Positions 49,384 through 62,600 of a DNA stretch of 64,000 nucleotides are shown in pieces (position 1 is the first letter of the stretch; every line of letters begins with the position of its first letter). The notes under the pieces are model-generated. The model did no database searches. It worked only from the letters and a program-made list of their open reading frames with translations, and was not told where the DNA came from. The stretch spans positions 78,182,001 to 78,246,000 of the forward strand of contig CM060731.1 of the NCBI GenBank assembly GCA_030704615.1, written 5' to 3'. Position numbers and translations under genes: made by a program. The stretch comes from Takakia lepidozioides (lineage: Eukaryota > Plantae > Bryophyta).

Positions 49384-49642
49384 CTTCTATTTGTGCAGCT
49401 GGCATTGCGTCCCCATCAACAAGCACCGCGAAGTCTTTCGATTGTCCTGCTGTTGATCCACTTGAATCCCTTACCTCTTCGATGGTTACGCCCTCATAGG
49501 CTGCTAGCTCACAAAACAGAAGTGTTTCAGGACGCAGGTCAGTCCGCTTAGCAATTCTGGAAATATCGAGCGTCCCCTTGTCATCGGTAGCGGTTTCCTC
49601 CCATGACCGCTTGGCTGTACGGAGCCAGATTTTTGGCTTCAT
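49384..49642 (-). CDS. Header exon of Crinkler-like gene B (86 codons plus phase-1 intron)
   Basis: Acceptor ATCAG just before the ATG, donor AG|GTTAGT. Shares G.lD, LRP[DE]T, T.EE[IV] and V.GD with 15919-16177 and has the same 259-nt length. Confidence 0.65.
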
Positions 49643-50289
49643 CCTGATCTTTCACGACCATACACTTGCACTCGCAAGAATATGCCAAAACTAGATCTGA
49701 AACAAAGAGAGAAACTAACATTTAATAAACCTGCACTGCTAGTTGGCAAAGACATGCTCGCTCACATAAACAATCGCGATCAATCATAACATAAAGCAAA
49801 CAAGGAAAAACGCCTTTAACCTAGAAGCAAGAAAGACTTCACACGAAACCCTAGGTGAACAGAACTGAAGCGAAAGCGACAAAGGAAGCAGTAAAAAGTT
49901 GTTCGCAAGCAACACTCACACAACACCTGCGAGGTTTTGATAAACGAAGTTGAATATGAACAATTGGAAAAAAGTACCTCCAATGCACACAACTAGCCAA
50001 CTACCAGGCACATGATCGAGAGAAACATGATCGCGCGACGACGAAGGCAAGCCAAGTGCAAAAGGCGAAAGCATGAGAGTGCAAGACTCTTTGTTCGGTG
50101 CTGCTGCTTAGGGTTTCGGGAGCTTCTATGAGCCGTCGATGGGTTCAGATTGGAGGGTCGAGGGCCGTTGGATGGGAGTTCCCGTGTGGAATTTGCGATG
50201 ATGATCTGCAACTGGGCTATTCGGGTTTGTGCGGGTTCACGGAACCCTACTCACGGGTTCAGGGCTGGAACTGGGTTATGAGTTATGAC

Positions 50290-50520
50290 CAGTGTTGAGC
50301 GGGTATTGAATTTTCATTTACCCTCAGGGTAAGGGTAACCTGAATTTTTAGAAAAGATTTACCCGCCGGGTCAGGGTATTAATATTTTTCAAATGGAAAG
50401 TAAGGGTCGCTTCCGGGTAATGCACACATACGCCGGGTCAGGGTATAACCGGGTACTCTCAAAATATAACCTGAGGGTAAGGTTATTTAACAGGTCCAGG
50501 TAATTTGGTATTACCCCCCA
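50290..50520 (+). mobile_element. hAT-like terminus related to 13218
   Basis: CAGTGTTGAGCGGGTAT followed by GGGTA/TACCC repeats and a shared TACCCGCCGGGT. Confidence 0.5.
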
Positions 50521-51569
50521 AATAAGTTTAAGTTTAGGTAGGGCGAGGGTAGGATGAAAGTCAATTTTCAGAAGGATTTAGGATGATGTGGCAATATAAA
50601 CAATATAAACCAATGAGATTCTAAAATTCTAACCAGAAGAAATTAAAATATATTTCAAAATATAACGTTATTAAGCAAAAGTTTCAATCCCAAGAGTATG
50701 AAAGGAAAAAATTCGATAATTGAAAAACAGGGGGAGTGGAAAAAGGAGCGATGGCGGAGCTACGAGACAACCTCCAATGGTCATCTGAAAACTTCTTCCA
50801 TCTCTATCAGATCCTTTCGACTTCCAGCTTACTTTACTTACATCAACTCGCAAATACTCCCAAGCTCAGCTTTCAAATGATATGCACATTAGGAGTTTTT
50901 GTTTGGTTTTCTTTCAAAACTCTCTTCTACAGTGTTCATCCTAACACCTTACTTCATTTCATCTCCATCTCGGTTGATTGCATCATCCCTAATCCACCCA
51001 CCATAGCCGTCTCTAGCTTTTAAGCCGTTTGCTTTCTACAGTGACATTTCCCACCTATACCCCCTTCCTCTACATTTCCCGTAAACTCCTCTCTTAAGCT
51101 CCATAACTCACACACCCAGCGGAGTCCTTAAAACACCTTCTGTTTTTCTACATTTGTTAACTATGGCTCCCGGAAGCAACCAGCTGCGTAACAACGAGAA
51201 GATGGTGACTCGTGGGAATATCAGAGGGCAACAGAGTATTCACAGAAGACCCAACCTGTCGGTATGGGCTTTTTTATGGCACACCAAGCTCGATCCAGGA
51301 TAGCTTCTGCCAGTGGTTCAGTAAGATATCCCTCCCCTCCCATTCCCATCAACCCTCTCTCTCCTCCCCAACCACTTCTCAAAACACCCAGGCTAAACTC
51401 CTTCATTCCGAACATTCCGAACCCTCCAATTTTGGAGGAACCACTAGCAGATTGGGAGGAGGAGAGCGCTCTTAATCAAGATGATCTGGACAAGGACTAC
51501 CCCATGATCAATATGAACATCCCAGAACGGCAAAGGAGAGTCACAACAATGGAGGAGACAGGTCACAAC

Positions 51570-52875
51570 GCAAGACACATGGCTCCCCGGAAGGCTACAA
51601 TTTTGTGCCTTAACCCTACCCAACTCAACACGTCCGATTGGGCTGGTGAATATCTATGCACCTAATAATTATGCTGACAGAGCAGAATTCTGGATCACTC
51701 TCAACACCAAAATGAGGGAACAACCTTCAATAGACAGCTGGATAGTTTCTAGAGATTTTAATATGGTGGAGATGCAAGAGGATAGAAGAGGTGCGGGGTC
51801 ATTTACCTCGAACCCAGAAGAAATGGACCAGTGGTTCAACTGCTCGCAAACACATAACCTCACGGAAACAGTGCCAATCTTTGGACAGTCATCAAACATC
51901 ACCTTTACATGGTCCAATAACCGTTCTCTTGCAGATCTAAGTATGGCTCGTCTTGATAAGGCTTATCTTTCCCTTGACCTAGTTCAATATGCAAAGAGAG
52001 CCCCGCAAGAACCAATACCCTTAAGCTTCGACCATGCTCCAATTACTCTCTCCATAACCTTACCGGATTCTTACAGAAGGGGTAGAGGCCTTTACAAAAT
52101 AAATAACCTCCTCCTTAAGCTGCCAAGCTTCAAGCAGGGCCTGCTGAGGGCTTGGACTCAGGCGGGAAGTGACCTCCTGGACCCTACGCATCTCTTTCTG
52201 GCCAAGTTGAAGGCTGTCAACATTGAAAGTCAGAGGATGAGTCAAGAACTAGCAAGTATCAGAAAGAGAAAGGTCATGGCCTTAAATAAATGCCTCAAAG
52301 TCTGTTAGTCAAGATTAGAATCTACTCGTTGTGATGAAGATACATAGCGTACGTATGTGGATAGGCCAGAAACAACCTTGATATTCATCACAAAATCCAA
52401 GAGAGGAAGTGGAAACTGCAGGCGGGTGTCAACTGGTCTACAAAAGGAGAAAAAATGAATAAATATTTTTTCGACAAAACAAGATTGAGACATGCCTCTC
52501 AAACAATATCAGAGCTCATTGACTAGCCATCAGGCACTTCAACTTCTACACCAAAGACCATGGCCAAGTTGGTTGGCAGGCATTTCCATAATTTTTTTAA
52601 TAGCGATCTCGACTTCCTGCAACCAACAGAAGAACAAACTTTCTGCTTGATCCACACCCCTACCCTAATGTCCCACCACGTCGCTTCCCAATTAGAAGGA
52701 GATTTCACAGATATAGAACTGGGTGAGGCTTTATCCAAACTATAGAACAACAAATCTCCGGGCATAGATGGTATATCCATGGAATTATATAAAGCATTGT
52801 GGCCGGAAATCTCAAGGGATTTCACTGCAATGGCAAACCACTTGTTTCAACAGGGACACATGCCCCCCAAATGGA
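51570..52875 (+). mobile_element. L1-type LINE ORF2 fragment (AP endonuclease to start of RT), decayed
   Basis: NIYAPN, DFN, TFTWSN, RLDKAY, DHAPI, then NKSPGIDG..ELYKALW; has stops and is truncated before the RT core. Confidence 0.9.
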
Positions 52876-52912
52876 TGGTCAAACTTCGGGCTCCCACATT
52901 GTCCCGCCCCGG

Positions 52913-55900
52913 CACTACAACAGATCCCGGCTTTAACGTCTGCCACATTTGCCCAGTCATAGCATATATGTCATCAAAATGCAAGGGGGCAGTCTTGGTT
53001 GCCATTTGTGACCACCAGAAGTCGTATATGCCACCTTGTACCTCCACCACGACAGGATCTGTGGTCAAACACGTTTAACTAGATAGGGGAAGATGGTAGA
53101 TACGACTAGGAGTCATGGCCAAAACTGCAACAGGATGACGTGGGCATGGGAATGTATGACTGCCAGTATTCACAACTGCACGTGGCAATTGCCGGTTGCC
53201 CAAGGAGTGTCTACGTGGACGATGCAAACATAAATGGATGAAACAGATGTAGGATGTGATTGCAAATGACGACGTGTAAATCTATCATTGCTCGCAGTGT
53301 TGGACATTCAAGTGCATTGGATGCAAGTGCATCTAACGGATGCACACGATGCATGTTACTAACGTGTGGGCTTGGTGGAGAACAGAGACAAGTCCCGAAC
53401 ATGCGTATGAGAGGCGACCATGCAGGTTCTATGATGGTTGAAGCGGTGCACTGTATTTTTCAAAAATCGGCAACACAATTGAAAGACAAAGGCTTGAGAA
53501 AAGACAAAACGATGCATTCAGTGGATACGCACCCTGGTGCAAAACACCGGCCACTCATTCACATTCACAATGATGCAAAATATGTGTAGACAAAAAGACC
53601 CAGCGGGTAGTTCAAGGCACCCAAAAATGAGTGGAGTTCGCTATACCGCAATCTGCAAATGCACTGGCCTATTCAGAATCATGGCACATTGTGTGCGCAA
53701 TGACTCTCAGTATATTCACCTATGCATTTGATCCTCTTAGTGGTCTCCATCATATGTAAGGTTTTAGAGATTCAGTCTTCAACATACATGCAGAAGAAGC
53801 ATGTACGCATCAAAGTTGGAAATAGTCAGTAGCTAGAGAAACAGAATACATCTCTTAAAGTCACCCAATGCTACTCCTTCGACCAAGTGCATCCTAATTT
53901 CTACCGAAGACTGCTATCCTAGTTGCAAGTGCTGGGATAGGAGATTACATGATGCCTTCACACACAAGAGCAGCAAACTTCATGACTGACATCCTGTCAC
54001 ATCTCCTCTACAGGGAGAACCCAATTGGACAGGGAAGATTAGTGATATGGTACCACGCCGCGTAGCCATATAGGTAGGGGTACCGACGCGGTGGGGCGTC
54101 CAACAAAGCACGTTGCATCTCCTGTTGTAAAAGTTGTTCTTGGTCAGGTTCATCCACACCCCTCGTTTCAAGTGTAGGACTGGACGGTCCTTCCTCCCCA
54201 TCCGAATTTTCATCATACATAATGTGAGCCTGCAATTTGCCGCACCAAAGCATGACTCGGCAGTGCAGATACATCAGTAAACGCGAAATGACATCAGCTG
54301 GTATGCCTTGGGCCAGTTCAAATATTGTTCAGGAATGAAGCCATTTTTTGCTTCTTGGAATTGTGCTTGATTCGTTCACTTCAGCAGTTCAACAATGCGC
54401 TTGGCTATTATCAATACCTATCCTTGCGGATCCAAGGTTGTCTTTGAGGTTCATCGTCAAACTCTAATCGCAACGTTAGTCTAATCTAGGATTGAAACGC
54501 CCCCGTTAATCTACTTACTTGAAGTGTTTCGGTGCATGTGTGGAGGTTAGGACACACGTCACGCAATCGTGAAAACAGGTGTAGCCGTGCTTAGGACTAC
54601 CAACGGCATAAAGTGTAGTCACGACCATGACTACCCACGGCCCCATAGCCAACGTCTATGAGACACGTGTTTTGTTAGGCAGTCATGGTGCTCCTGACTG
54701 GCGGTGATTTCAAAAAATGGGACCCCATCTTGAGCAGAGACATCAAGTCAGAAGTGCATGTGGAGTAAGTATGGAGTGCGTACCGGAACTGTAGGGTACC
54801 TCAGGTTTGGGTCCCTGCGATGCATGAGGAGGTAATTCTTTACTGTCATGCGTAGTTGCCACTTGCCACCATGGCACTCTGAGCAACTACACAACATTTT
54901 CTTCAGGTTGTTTGTTGTGGCGTAGGCGTCCTCAAACCTCCACAGGTTGTGGTCTCGCAAGCTCATTCTCCACCTATCCCCTGTCACACTCGACCCCCCC
55001 CCCCCCCCCCCCCGTCTGTACATCTTGATCGTCGTGTTGCGTTTAGGGAGGCGATGTGCTCATGCGATGGTCAAGCACGTGGCCACTGCACCCATTACCG
55101 ACTATGAGAGGCTAAGAGAAGCTAACATTGCTCGCATCAAGCTCATTGAAGCGGAGCTGCTGAAAGACATAGCACAGTGAGTTCACTTTTGAACTATCAA
55201 TGTCACTCTTTCCGTAGAGGTTTGCAGCTTGCGGAGCTTGATTTCATGCAATGTAGGTAGCTTTGTGAGTTCCTAAGACACCATGAAGAGGATGAGATGA
55301 GTGCGAGCGCAGTGTAGGTTATGCTTGCATGGTGGAGTGGGCGGGAGATCACCGCATGTCGCGGGTCGTGAAAGTGGCTACACTTTTAGGGTTGAGGGGT
55401 GCATTAGTTCGTCATCTCCTCCATTATGTTTTCTTTGTCATGTTACTAGTGGTTGGGTTAGGGTTTACAACACCTTCCATGGGGGGTCGAATGCAGGATT
55501 GTGGGAGAGAAGCCAAAGCGTGCAAGACGACGGCCACCAGCTCGCCCCTCTGGTCCCCCAAGACGCAGTGGAAGAATAGAGTCCATGCCCCCCCCCCCCC
55601 CCCACACACGGAGATATGCAATTGATGATGACGATTATGACGACCTCTGTGTGCCTGCGATAGAGCACATCGGGGACTCCGACGAAGACATGTCCGGCGG
55701 TGAACCCGCCCCAGCCACCATCTCGCACAAATGCCCAGCAGCTACGGAGTCTCCAACTGTAAGTACCCAGCTCAGTGTAGGTCATGTGTAAGTATCCAGC
55801 CAGATAGAAAAACTGCCCGTCCACAGTTGCATTGCCCCAATGTTGCATTGCCCCCATTTTGAAAGTACTTGCCAAGCACTTTATGGATGGAAGGAAATGA

Positions 55901-57470
55901 AATGAAATGAAATGGTGCTTTATAATGTCCGCGGAAAGCCCATAGAGCTTGTGGGACAAAATAGAAGAAAACATGAGAGAGGAACAAATCCAGAAACCAC
56001 AATTAATGCTCACGTGATTGTCTAAGGGTGAAGGCCTCGTGCAAGTAGGTTGCCAAGCATTTTTTATCCTCATAGTGGAAGACATCAGTGAGAGTTTGGG
56101 TTCCACTGAATAAAGTAAAAAAAGTATGACGCCTCCCAAAGGGAGCGTAACCACATCTAACGTGGTATGTGCCCATTACCACTGGGTTGTTGGTTGTCTG
56201 GAAAGGAAGAATACATACCCCATTACAAGGGGGCAAACATAGTGCATGAGAATATGGTGGTTGCATTTGCCAAAAAGAAGCAATTGAATTGACCTCTCCA
56301 GCATTCCAGGGGGAAGAGGCATTGATAGCATGCCAAAAGAGGGTGAAAGCCAACCATTCCCTAAAACCATGCACCGGACGCGCAACAAGAGTGAGGCCTA
56401 TTACATTTGGTCGATTTTCTGCCCAACACCTGCATGACTTCTTGGTAAATGGCACCTGATTTCTATTTTGTCATTGTATGATCCTCATTACCAATGTGCT
56501 TCCCTGGTGGTTGTGCAAGGGCTGAGTTTTTGTCAATTGTCTAGGGTGAGTTTTGACCAGCATTGTGTTGTGTGTTGCACAGGCGAGGAAGAAGCGTGCA
56601 GCGATTGGTGGATCCAGCGCTGCCACACATGGCAGCCCATCGGGGCATGGTTTGCTGAAACAGGTGAACCCTCCTGTTGGCAAGACTCCACCCTCCAAAA
56701 ATACCCCCGACCCCCATCTGGTTATGCAGAGCAGGCCTATGGCCATTCTCCACCCCTTCATCCTTCTTTTCAGTAGCTGCCTCATAGCTACCCTCAACCT
56801 GCAGTGCGACCGCCATACCCACCCTATGCCCCTTACCCTGGGCCCTATGTCACATCTCCCCAGCTCCAGTCACAGCCCCCAGTGGATGAAGTCCCTAGTG
56901 ATGTCCCTGAGCCCCCGATTGAAATGTCCAAGAAGGACAGAGCCAATGCACCGCGGCGTCAGAACCGGAGAGCAAAGACAATGGCAACAAAGGTGAAAGT
57001 GGAGCGGGAGCAGCTCGGCCTTCCCTTGCAGATCATTGGTGTCAACAAGTTTGGGGAGCCAGTAGGCCCTTCTCGCAATTCTTGGCATGCAGCCCTTAAA
57101 GGGCAGATGTTTCGATTGTGTGACTTATCATTGGCCATTCAAGATCAGGATGAGGAGGACATTAAGGCAGTCCGGCACGTGCTGGCGTCCACTTTTTCAT
57201 ACACTCCACGCAGTCTGGACTATGAGCACATGCGACACACCATTGGCAAAGCTTTGAAGACACAAACGAAGTGAACTGTATGCAAAGTTCAAGGTAGGGG
57301 AGGTGGACCTTTGTATGTGGACGAAGGGCAATGGACCAGGCTTGTTGCGTACTGGTCAACCCCAAATTTCAGCACCGTATCAGCCAAGATGAAGAAGGCA
57401 AATTCGTGTATACAGAATCCATCAAAAACTGGTCGTGGTGGGAAGGCATCTATGGAGGCACGTTTGGTAA
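52913..57470. mobile_element. CACTA (En/Spm) transposon remnant
   Basis: CACTACAA at 52913. Transposase-associated-like LCSCSECH...TVKNYLLMH..DP at about 54800-54970 (-). YERLREANIAR at about 55100 (+). TnpA/Ptta-like GEPVG...W..L / WTRLVAYWST...GRGG at about 56930-57470 (+). Confidence 0.65.
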
Positions 57471-58869
57471 GTTATTGATCACACCCCCTGGTACAAACTA
57501 TTGCTAAGGTACTTCAACAGTATGATATGTGGCATCAATTCTTCAACCAGACCTGCAATTTGATTTATTTCTTCAACCCGACTGGTTGATTAATTGGTTT
57601 ACTGACTGATTGATGGTTGATTGGTTTACCGATTGATTTAATTCTTCAACACGACTGGTTTGTCTTCCCGCTCCGAGTTTAAATATCAGCCAATTACCTA
57701 GGGTAGCTAGGCCCTTCAGGCCATCCTTAAGGTCCTCGCCTTTGTTAGACCGACAAGTTCAAGGAAGTTTAATGCGTAACCTGATTTGCTAGGACATTTT
57801 ATGTGCTTCCAACTTGCCCTTAGCCACTTCAGCCTCCAAATCAGTTTCATGTACCATGCTCAGTGCTTCTTGCCTAATATTTGTTTCATTGAGAATCTTT
57901 TTTGCCCGATATTGCTAGTACTTGATTTGTTTAAGCGGATGGTCTTTCTTCTGCGAAATAGAGTGGATCATCTTAAGGTATTTGGTATTTCAGTTGGCGC
58001 TCGCATCTAACCCAAATGTCAGGATACTTTACAACGTCCTTGGAAAGCTCAAAGAGCTTGTGGGACAGCAGAAGGGGGGCTGCTATTTCATGAGCGGCAT
58101 GAGCATGAGCGGAAAAAAAAAAAGCATGAGCGGGCCGAATTGTGTCCACGGAAATAGGGTTAGGAGACACGGAAATAGGGTCATGTGGACTCGTCATAGC
58201 AATGAAATGCAACATTTTATTGCAAATTTGGTGGCAAGCCACGTCTATACAAGTGTGTCCTAACTGTCATAGCAGGAATGGGAACTACTCTCCTACACCT
58301 TCCGAGGAACTTGGCCCTCCTTCTTCCTCATCCCCCTCATCCCCCCCATCCTCCGAGCTCTGTGATGCATCGGTTGCAGTATGCCTCTCAAAAATGCCAT
58401 CCTCTCCTTGGGGGACTGTCCACCTCACCTCCTCGGAAAATTCTGCCTCTTCTCCCCCACTTTCCTCAGCAGAATCCAACACAAATCTACGAGCCCGACG
58501 GGCTCTAATAGCTGCTGCCTCCTCCCTCATCTTCATTTTCTTGAGGCTTGCCTCGTCTAAAATCTGCTGTACACGACTAGGTTCGGAACACCTCCTAATG
58601 GACACCGAAGCAAGCCGGGCAGCATAAGTAGGAAGGATGTAGTCCCTTTCTGGACTAGGCATGAAATCCCCCCTGGCAAAAAAAGGCACGTTCCTCCTGC
58701 CCATGAACTCCGGTGTAGACGTCATTCCTGCCGTACTTGGCATCCTACAATAAGAACAAATCCACTTCAAGAATGTCAATACCAGCAGAAGCAGAAAGGG
58801 TTTTCAATGAAATAAGAGAGCGAAGGGAGGTGCCTCACGAAATCTGGAGGCAACTTACAATGCGACCAC

Positions 58870-59245
58870 TCACTCGTACACCGGGGGCTCCTCGGCCTCG
58901 ATCCCAACTTGTTCCTCCCCCTGCTCCTTCTCGGATTTTTCCTCATCCTCCGAGGATGCCTCTTCCTCTTTCGGCAGATGTTTAGCCGCTGCAAGTTCCG
59001 AGATTTGGAGGGCAGTATCTGGCTCGAAGGCGAACACATGCCTGTCGGACAACGTCCCTGCCCACATTGAAGCACTTGAGGAACAAAGCGGGCAGTTAAT
59101 AGCTTGCGGCATGTAATTGCAATCGGGCCAGGGGACAAACTGAGCACGTGAAGGCTTACCCGTGCCGCATGTGAGGTCCAGAATCCGCCCTTGGACATCC
59201 GAGCACGTCTCCATGAGGGTTTGGATGAAAGCAGGGCTCCGGGGC
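58870..59245 (-). pseudogene. C-terminal half of a prokaryote-type amino (N4C/N6A) DNA methyltransferase-like protein
   Basis: KPRSPAFIQTLMETCSDVQGRILDLTCGTG, an 84-nt intron-like insert, then ASMWAGTLSDRHVFAFEPD. This parallels the KP..l...li...s..g..vLDpf.GsG.t..aa....R...g.E.d tail of beta-class methyltransferases. Confidence 0.55.
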
Positions 59246-59697
59246 TTAGCTAGCTTAGGAATCCGATTGCAAAAACTTGTATTGTACAAAACGTGCTATA
59301 AATGAAATGGCTTCCAAATGTTGTGCGTCCTATTTTGTTTGGAATGGTGATGCATGGTATGGTTGGCTAGTGTGTAGAATGCATGCTAGCTTATAAAAGT
59401 GGGAGAGGTAAATTGGGTTAATCGTGTGTTTGCGTAGTGCCGAAATCGGGTGACCCCCACCCAAGGGGCAAGGAAACTTGCGCCTTCTTTGGGAGTTCAC
59501 GTGCTAGTGTGCACCTGGCGCGTGCGCGTACTATAACTGCGCTACCGAGGGGGTTGCCTTGTAGTGCGGGCTAACGCGGAAGCTACGTGCTTCCATTCAC
59601 GTACTGTAATCGTGTAGCGTCGGGACGAAGTCGTAGTGCGGCTTCGGCGTGTTCCCGTACCTCAGGCCAGCATTCCAAGACGGACCCAATTGTAGTG
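59243..59697 (+). repeat. Copy of the 3' noncoding region of gypsy element 2 (28979-29434)
   Basis: Colinear direct repeat of about 455 bp with high identity. Confidence 0.93.
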
Positions 59698-62600
59698 TCA
59701 AGTTAAATAAGCACAGTGTGAAAACAGCTAGAATAAAACTAGTTATTTGTATTTAACACTTGGATTTAGGTCAAGTGTTAAATCAGGTGTCAAGTTTAGT
59801 TTGACACCTGGTCCGTCTTATCTTCACGAGAGCGGCAGTCGCGCAGCTCATCTCTCTCGAGTTGAGCCTGCGCGACCGAGCTCCTGCATCGTTTAGATCT
59901 GAGTGTGCTTATGTAGGGGTATAGGTTGTTGTGGGGTGGAGTCCCCATAGCTTGGGGTGCCCCTGGCTCGACTATTATATTAAAGAGTGATGTTGATGGA
60001 TTTCATATTTTGTGTGAACAGTGTGTTTTGAGTTTTCTTATCACTCGAGAGAGATGACCTCTTACCTGTGAGTGCAAGGTAGGAGTTGAGGGTTAGCACT
60101 TGTATGATTACCTGTGTGTAAGTAGTGCTTAGTTTAAGAAGCTTAATAAACAAAAAAAAAACATGCAGGTTTCGATCATCTTTGGTTTCTGGGTGGTGGG
60201 GGAGGAGATGGGAGCGGAACGAGCTCCGCTGACTGTGCAGCGATGAGCGCTGCGTGCTTGGTTGAACTCTTCCATGGTTGACAATTGCAGGTTGCGGGTG
60301 CTGCGGGCTTACCAAACAGATATGGCCAGTTCTGTAGCAGACAAGTTCGCTGCAGAATTTTGAGAGCTCAAACGCGAAGAAAAGTTGTGATTTTGGATGG
60401 CGAGAGACTGAGGAAGTCGCAATGATTTGTACGCATGCGCTCCGAAAGCCAGAGAGAGGCTGGGGTTCTTGCAGGAGGAGGCTCTTTCCGGAGTCTTGGA
60501 AATCATCGAGTGTGCAGGGATGGTCTGGAGAAATTTGAGTTGTGCAGCCTGAGTCTGGCTGACTAGTCTGATCCGGTTGGGTTGCTGAGAGAGCAATAAA
60601 ATCTTGGGTACATCTGAGTGTGCAGCGGCAGGCAGTGATTCGGGGGTGTGTTTGTTCTGGACAATCTTGGCCTGGAGGGCAGGTTGAAGTCAACTAAGGC
60701 ATTGCCATGCGCCGAGGAGTCGTTATGTGATCTCTCGGCGAGACCCTATCATTTCGGGAAACGACGCTGATAAGTTGTGGCTGCTAAATCAAAGCCTCGT
60801 ACATAGAGAGAGAGTCAACTGAAAGATGTTGATGCTAGTCACCAACTGCTGAGATGGGGCTGAGAGTCATGCATGGCGAGCCTGGCTCAACGTAGGCGTG
60901 ATTATAGGAGTGCCAGTTGGCTACCACTACAATGACACTCTAAATGGAATGCAGCATGTGGAGAGAACGCCGAAAAGCAATGTCGTAGCCGAAGAGCCTG
61001 TGATTGCAGTGGTTAGGCCAGCTGTGGGCCATAACGATCCTTTGAGTCCTGTGAGTGATTCCCCACCCATATTTTCCAGGGCTGGTGCCAAGCAGCTGAG
61101 AAGATCTCGGTCGATTCCTTCAGGTGTACGAGGCCACGCAGCTACTCCTGTGTTCCCTGGTCCATTGCTCCCCATTGTCAGGCGCTTAAAACAGCTCCCC
61201 AATTTCTACTTACACTAACCGGAACAATGTAGGATCAGGGGATACAAAAGGGAGAAGCAAAGAACTAAATGCAGATGTTGGAATCAAAGATGGCAGTACA
61301 CACCATATTGCCAAAGAGATTGAGGACGATCAAGATATGGGTGCAAAGCAGGATTCTAAACTAGAATTAGAGACTGGAAAAATTGGCAGAAGTAATGGCA
61401 AGCAGGTGCAATGTTTTACAGAAACAGGGAAGAGATGTTCTGCCAAATACTCTCGCCGTCAAGCCAAGTGCACCTGAAAGCTCTGTGATATCGAAGGGAT
61501 CCACCAATGGGACAACTTGTTTTTCCTCTCACACTGGCAATGTCATATGTGGGAGTCAGTTCCTCGGTTTCACCTCCGATGTGGTAGATGTATTGTGCAA
61601 GTCCAGCAACCATCCACGAATCTTTCGATTGCAAGCCGCCTGTCCATAAGCCATGAAGGTGTTGCGCAGTGCATCTCTTGACCTGCTCTTGAAATCGCCC
61701 TAGGGTGTGATACCCCATCCATAACTGAGGTCGAGTTTTGGAATTAACGAGCTCTTGGTGCCTGGAGAATCCTGGAGGGGAACGACCTCGGGAACTCGTA
61801 GATAACCTGGGAACAGGTTGTAATGGCAAAAGCGTTTTGGTGTTAAAAAAAAAAAAAAAACCTTTTTGATCTAATTTAAATGTTTAAAGAGCCTGGTTGG
61901 TCATATCTTTGTCAAATGAGCTCCGTTTGACTCAGTTTTTGAGGGGATAGCTGCAGAAAGGGGAAATCTACCTATCTAGACCTGGTTTCTGTTTTTTGGA
62001 CTTTGCTAAAAATCTATGGAATTTTTAGAGTGTGAGTGTGCCATGAAAGATCCACAATCCTGTTTCTAGAACCTGTGCTGGTCTATATTAGAGACAAATC
62101 TGTGGATGTACTCCTTGTATGGCTGGGGGAAATGAGGACGTAATTGAAGGGCAGGTCTCTTCTCTTAGCCTGTGCACACAAGGGGACAGGATTTATGTTT
62201 CCCAAGGAACTCAGACTGATTTGAGTGGAGAACAGTTGGACGAGTTGATTGCATACTGGGAGTCAGGCATTAGCAGTAGACAACAGACTGCTGTAGTTGG
62301 CATTGAGGGCCTCAATACAGTCAGAACTCTATTGGAGCCAGCAGTTCTGCAGCTGTAGGTGAAATACCAAAGTGGGTGAAAGCTAGGCTTGGGACACAGC
62401 CAAAGACAGCCCCGGGGACCAAGGTGTTCAGCCACAAGGCCGTGGTGTACTGGAGCAGAGGAGCAGGAGCTACACAAGTTTGTGCAATCAGACATGGTTG
62501 CAGCCGGATACGCTCTGCACAGGGCAACCACGAGCGGGGGTTCATCAGCAATGACATGTTTGTTGTGCGTGAAGGAGATGCAGTCATTCGCAATGAGGAC

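Noticed and set aside
52913-59697. One complete CACTA element bounded by CACTACAA and TTGTAGTG
   Set aside because: Only 8 bp match, the 3-bp flanks differ (CGG versus TCA), and the right end belongs to a segment shared with gypsy element 2.
61590-61720. Integrase zinc-finger-like AIERFVDGCWTC on the minus strand
   Set aside because: Too short, with no supporting upstream histidines in frame or downstream catalytic core.
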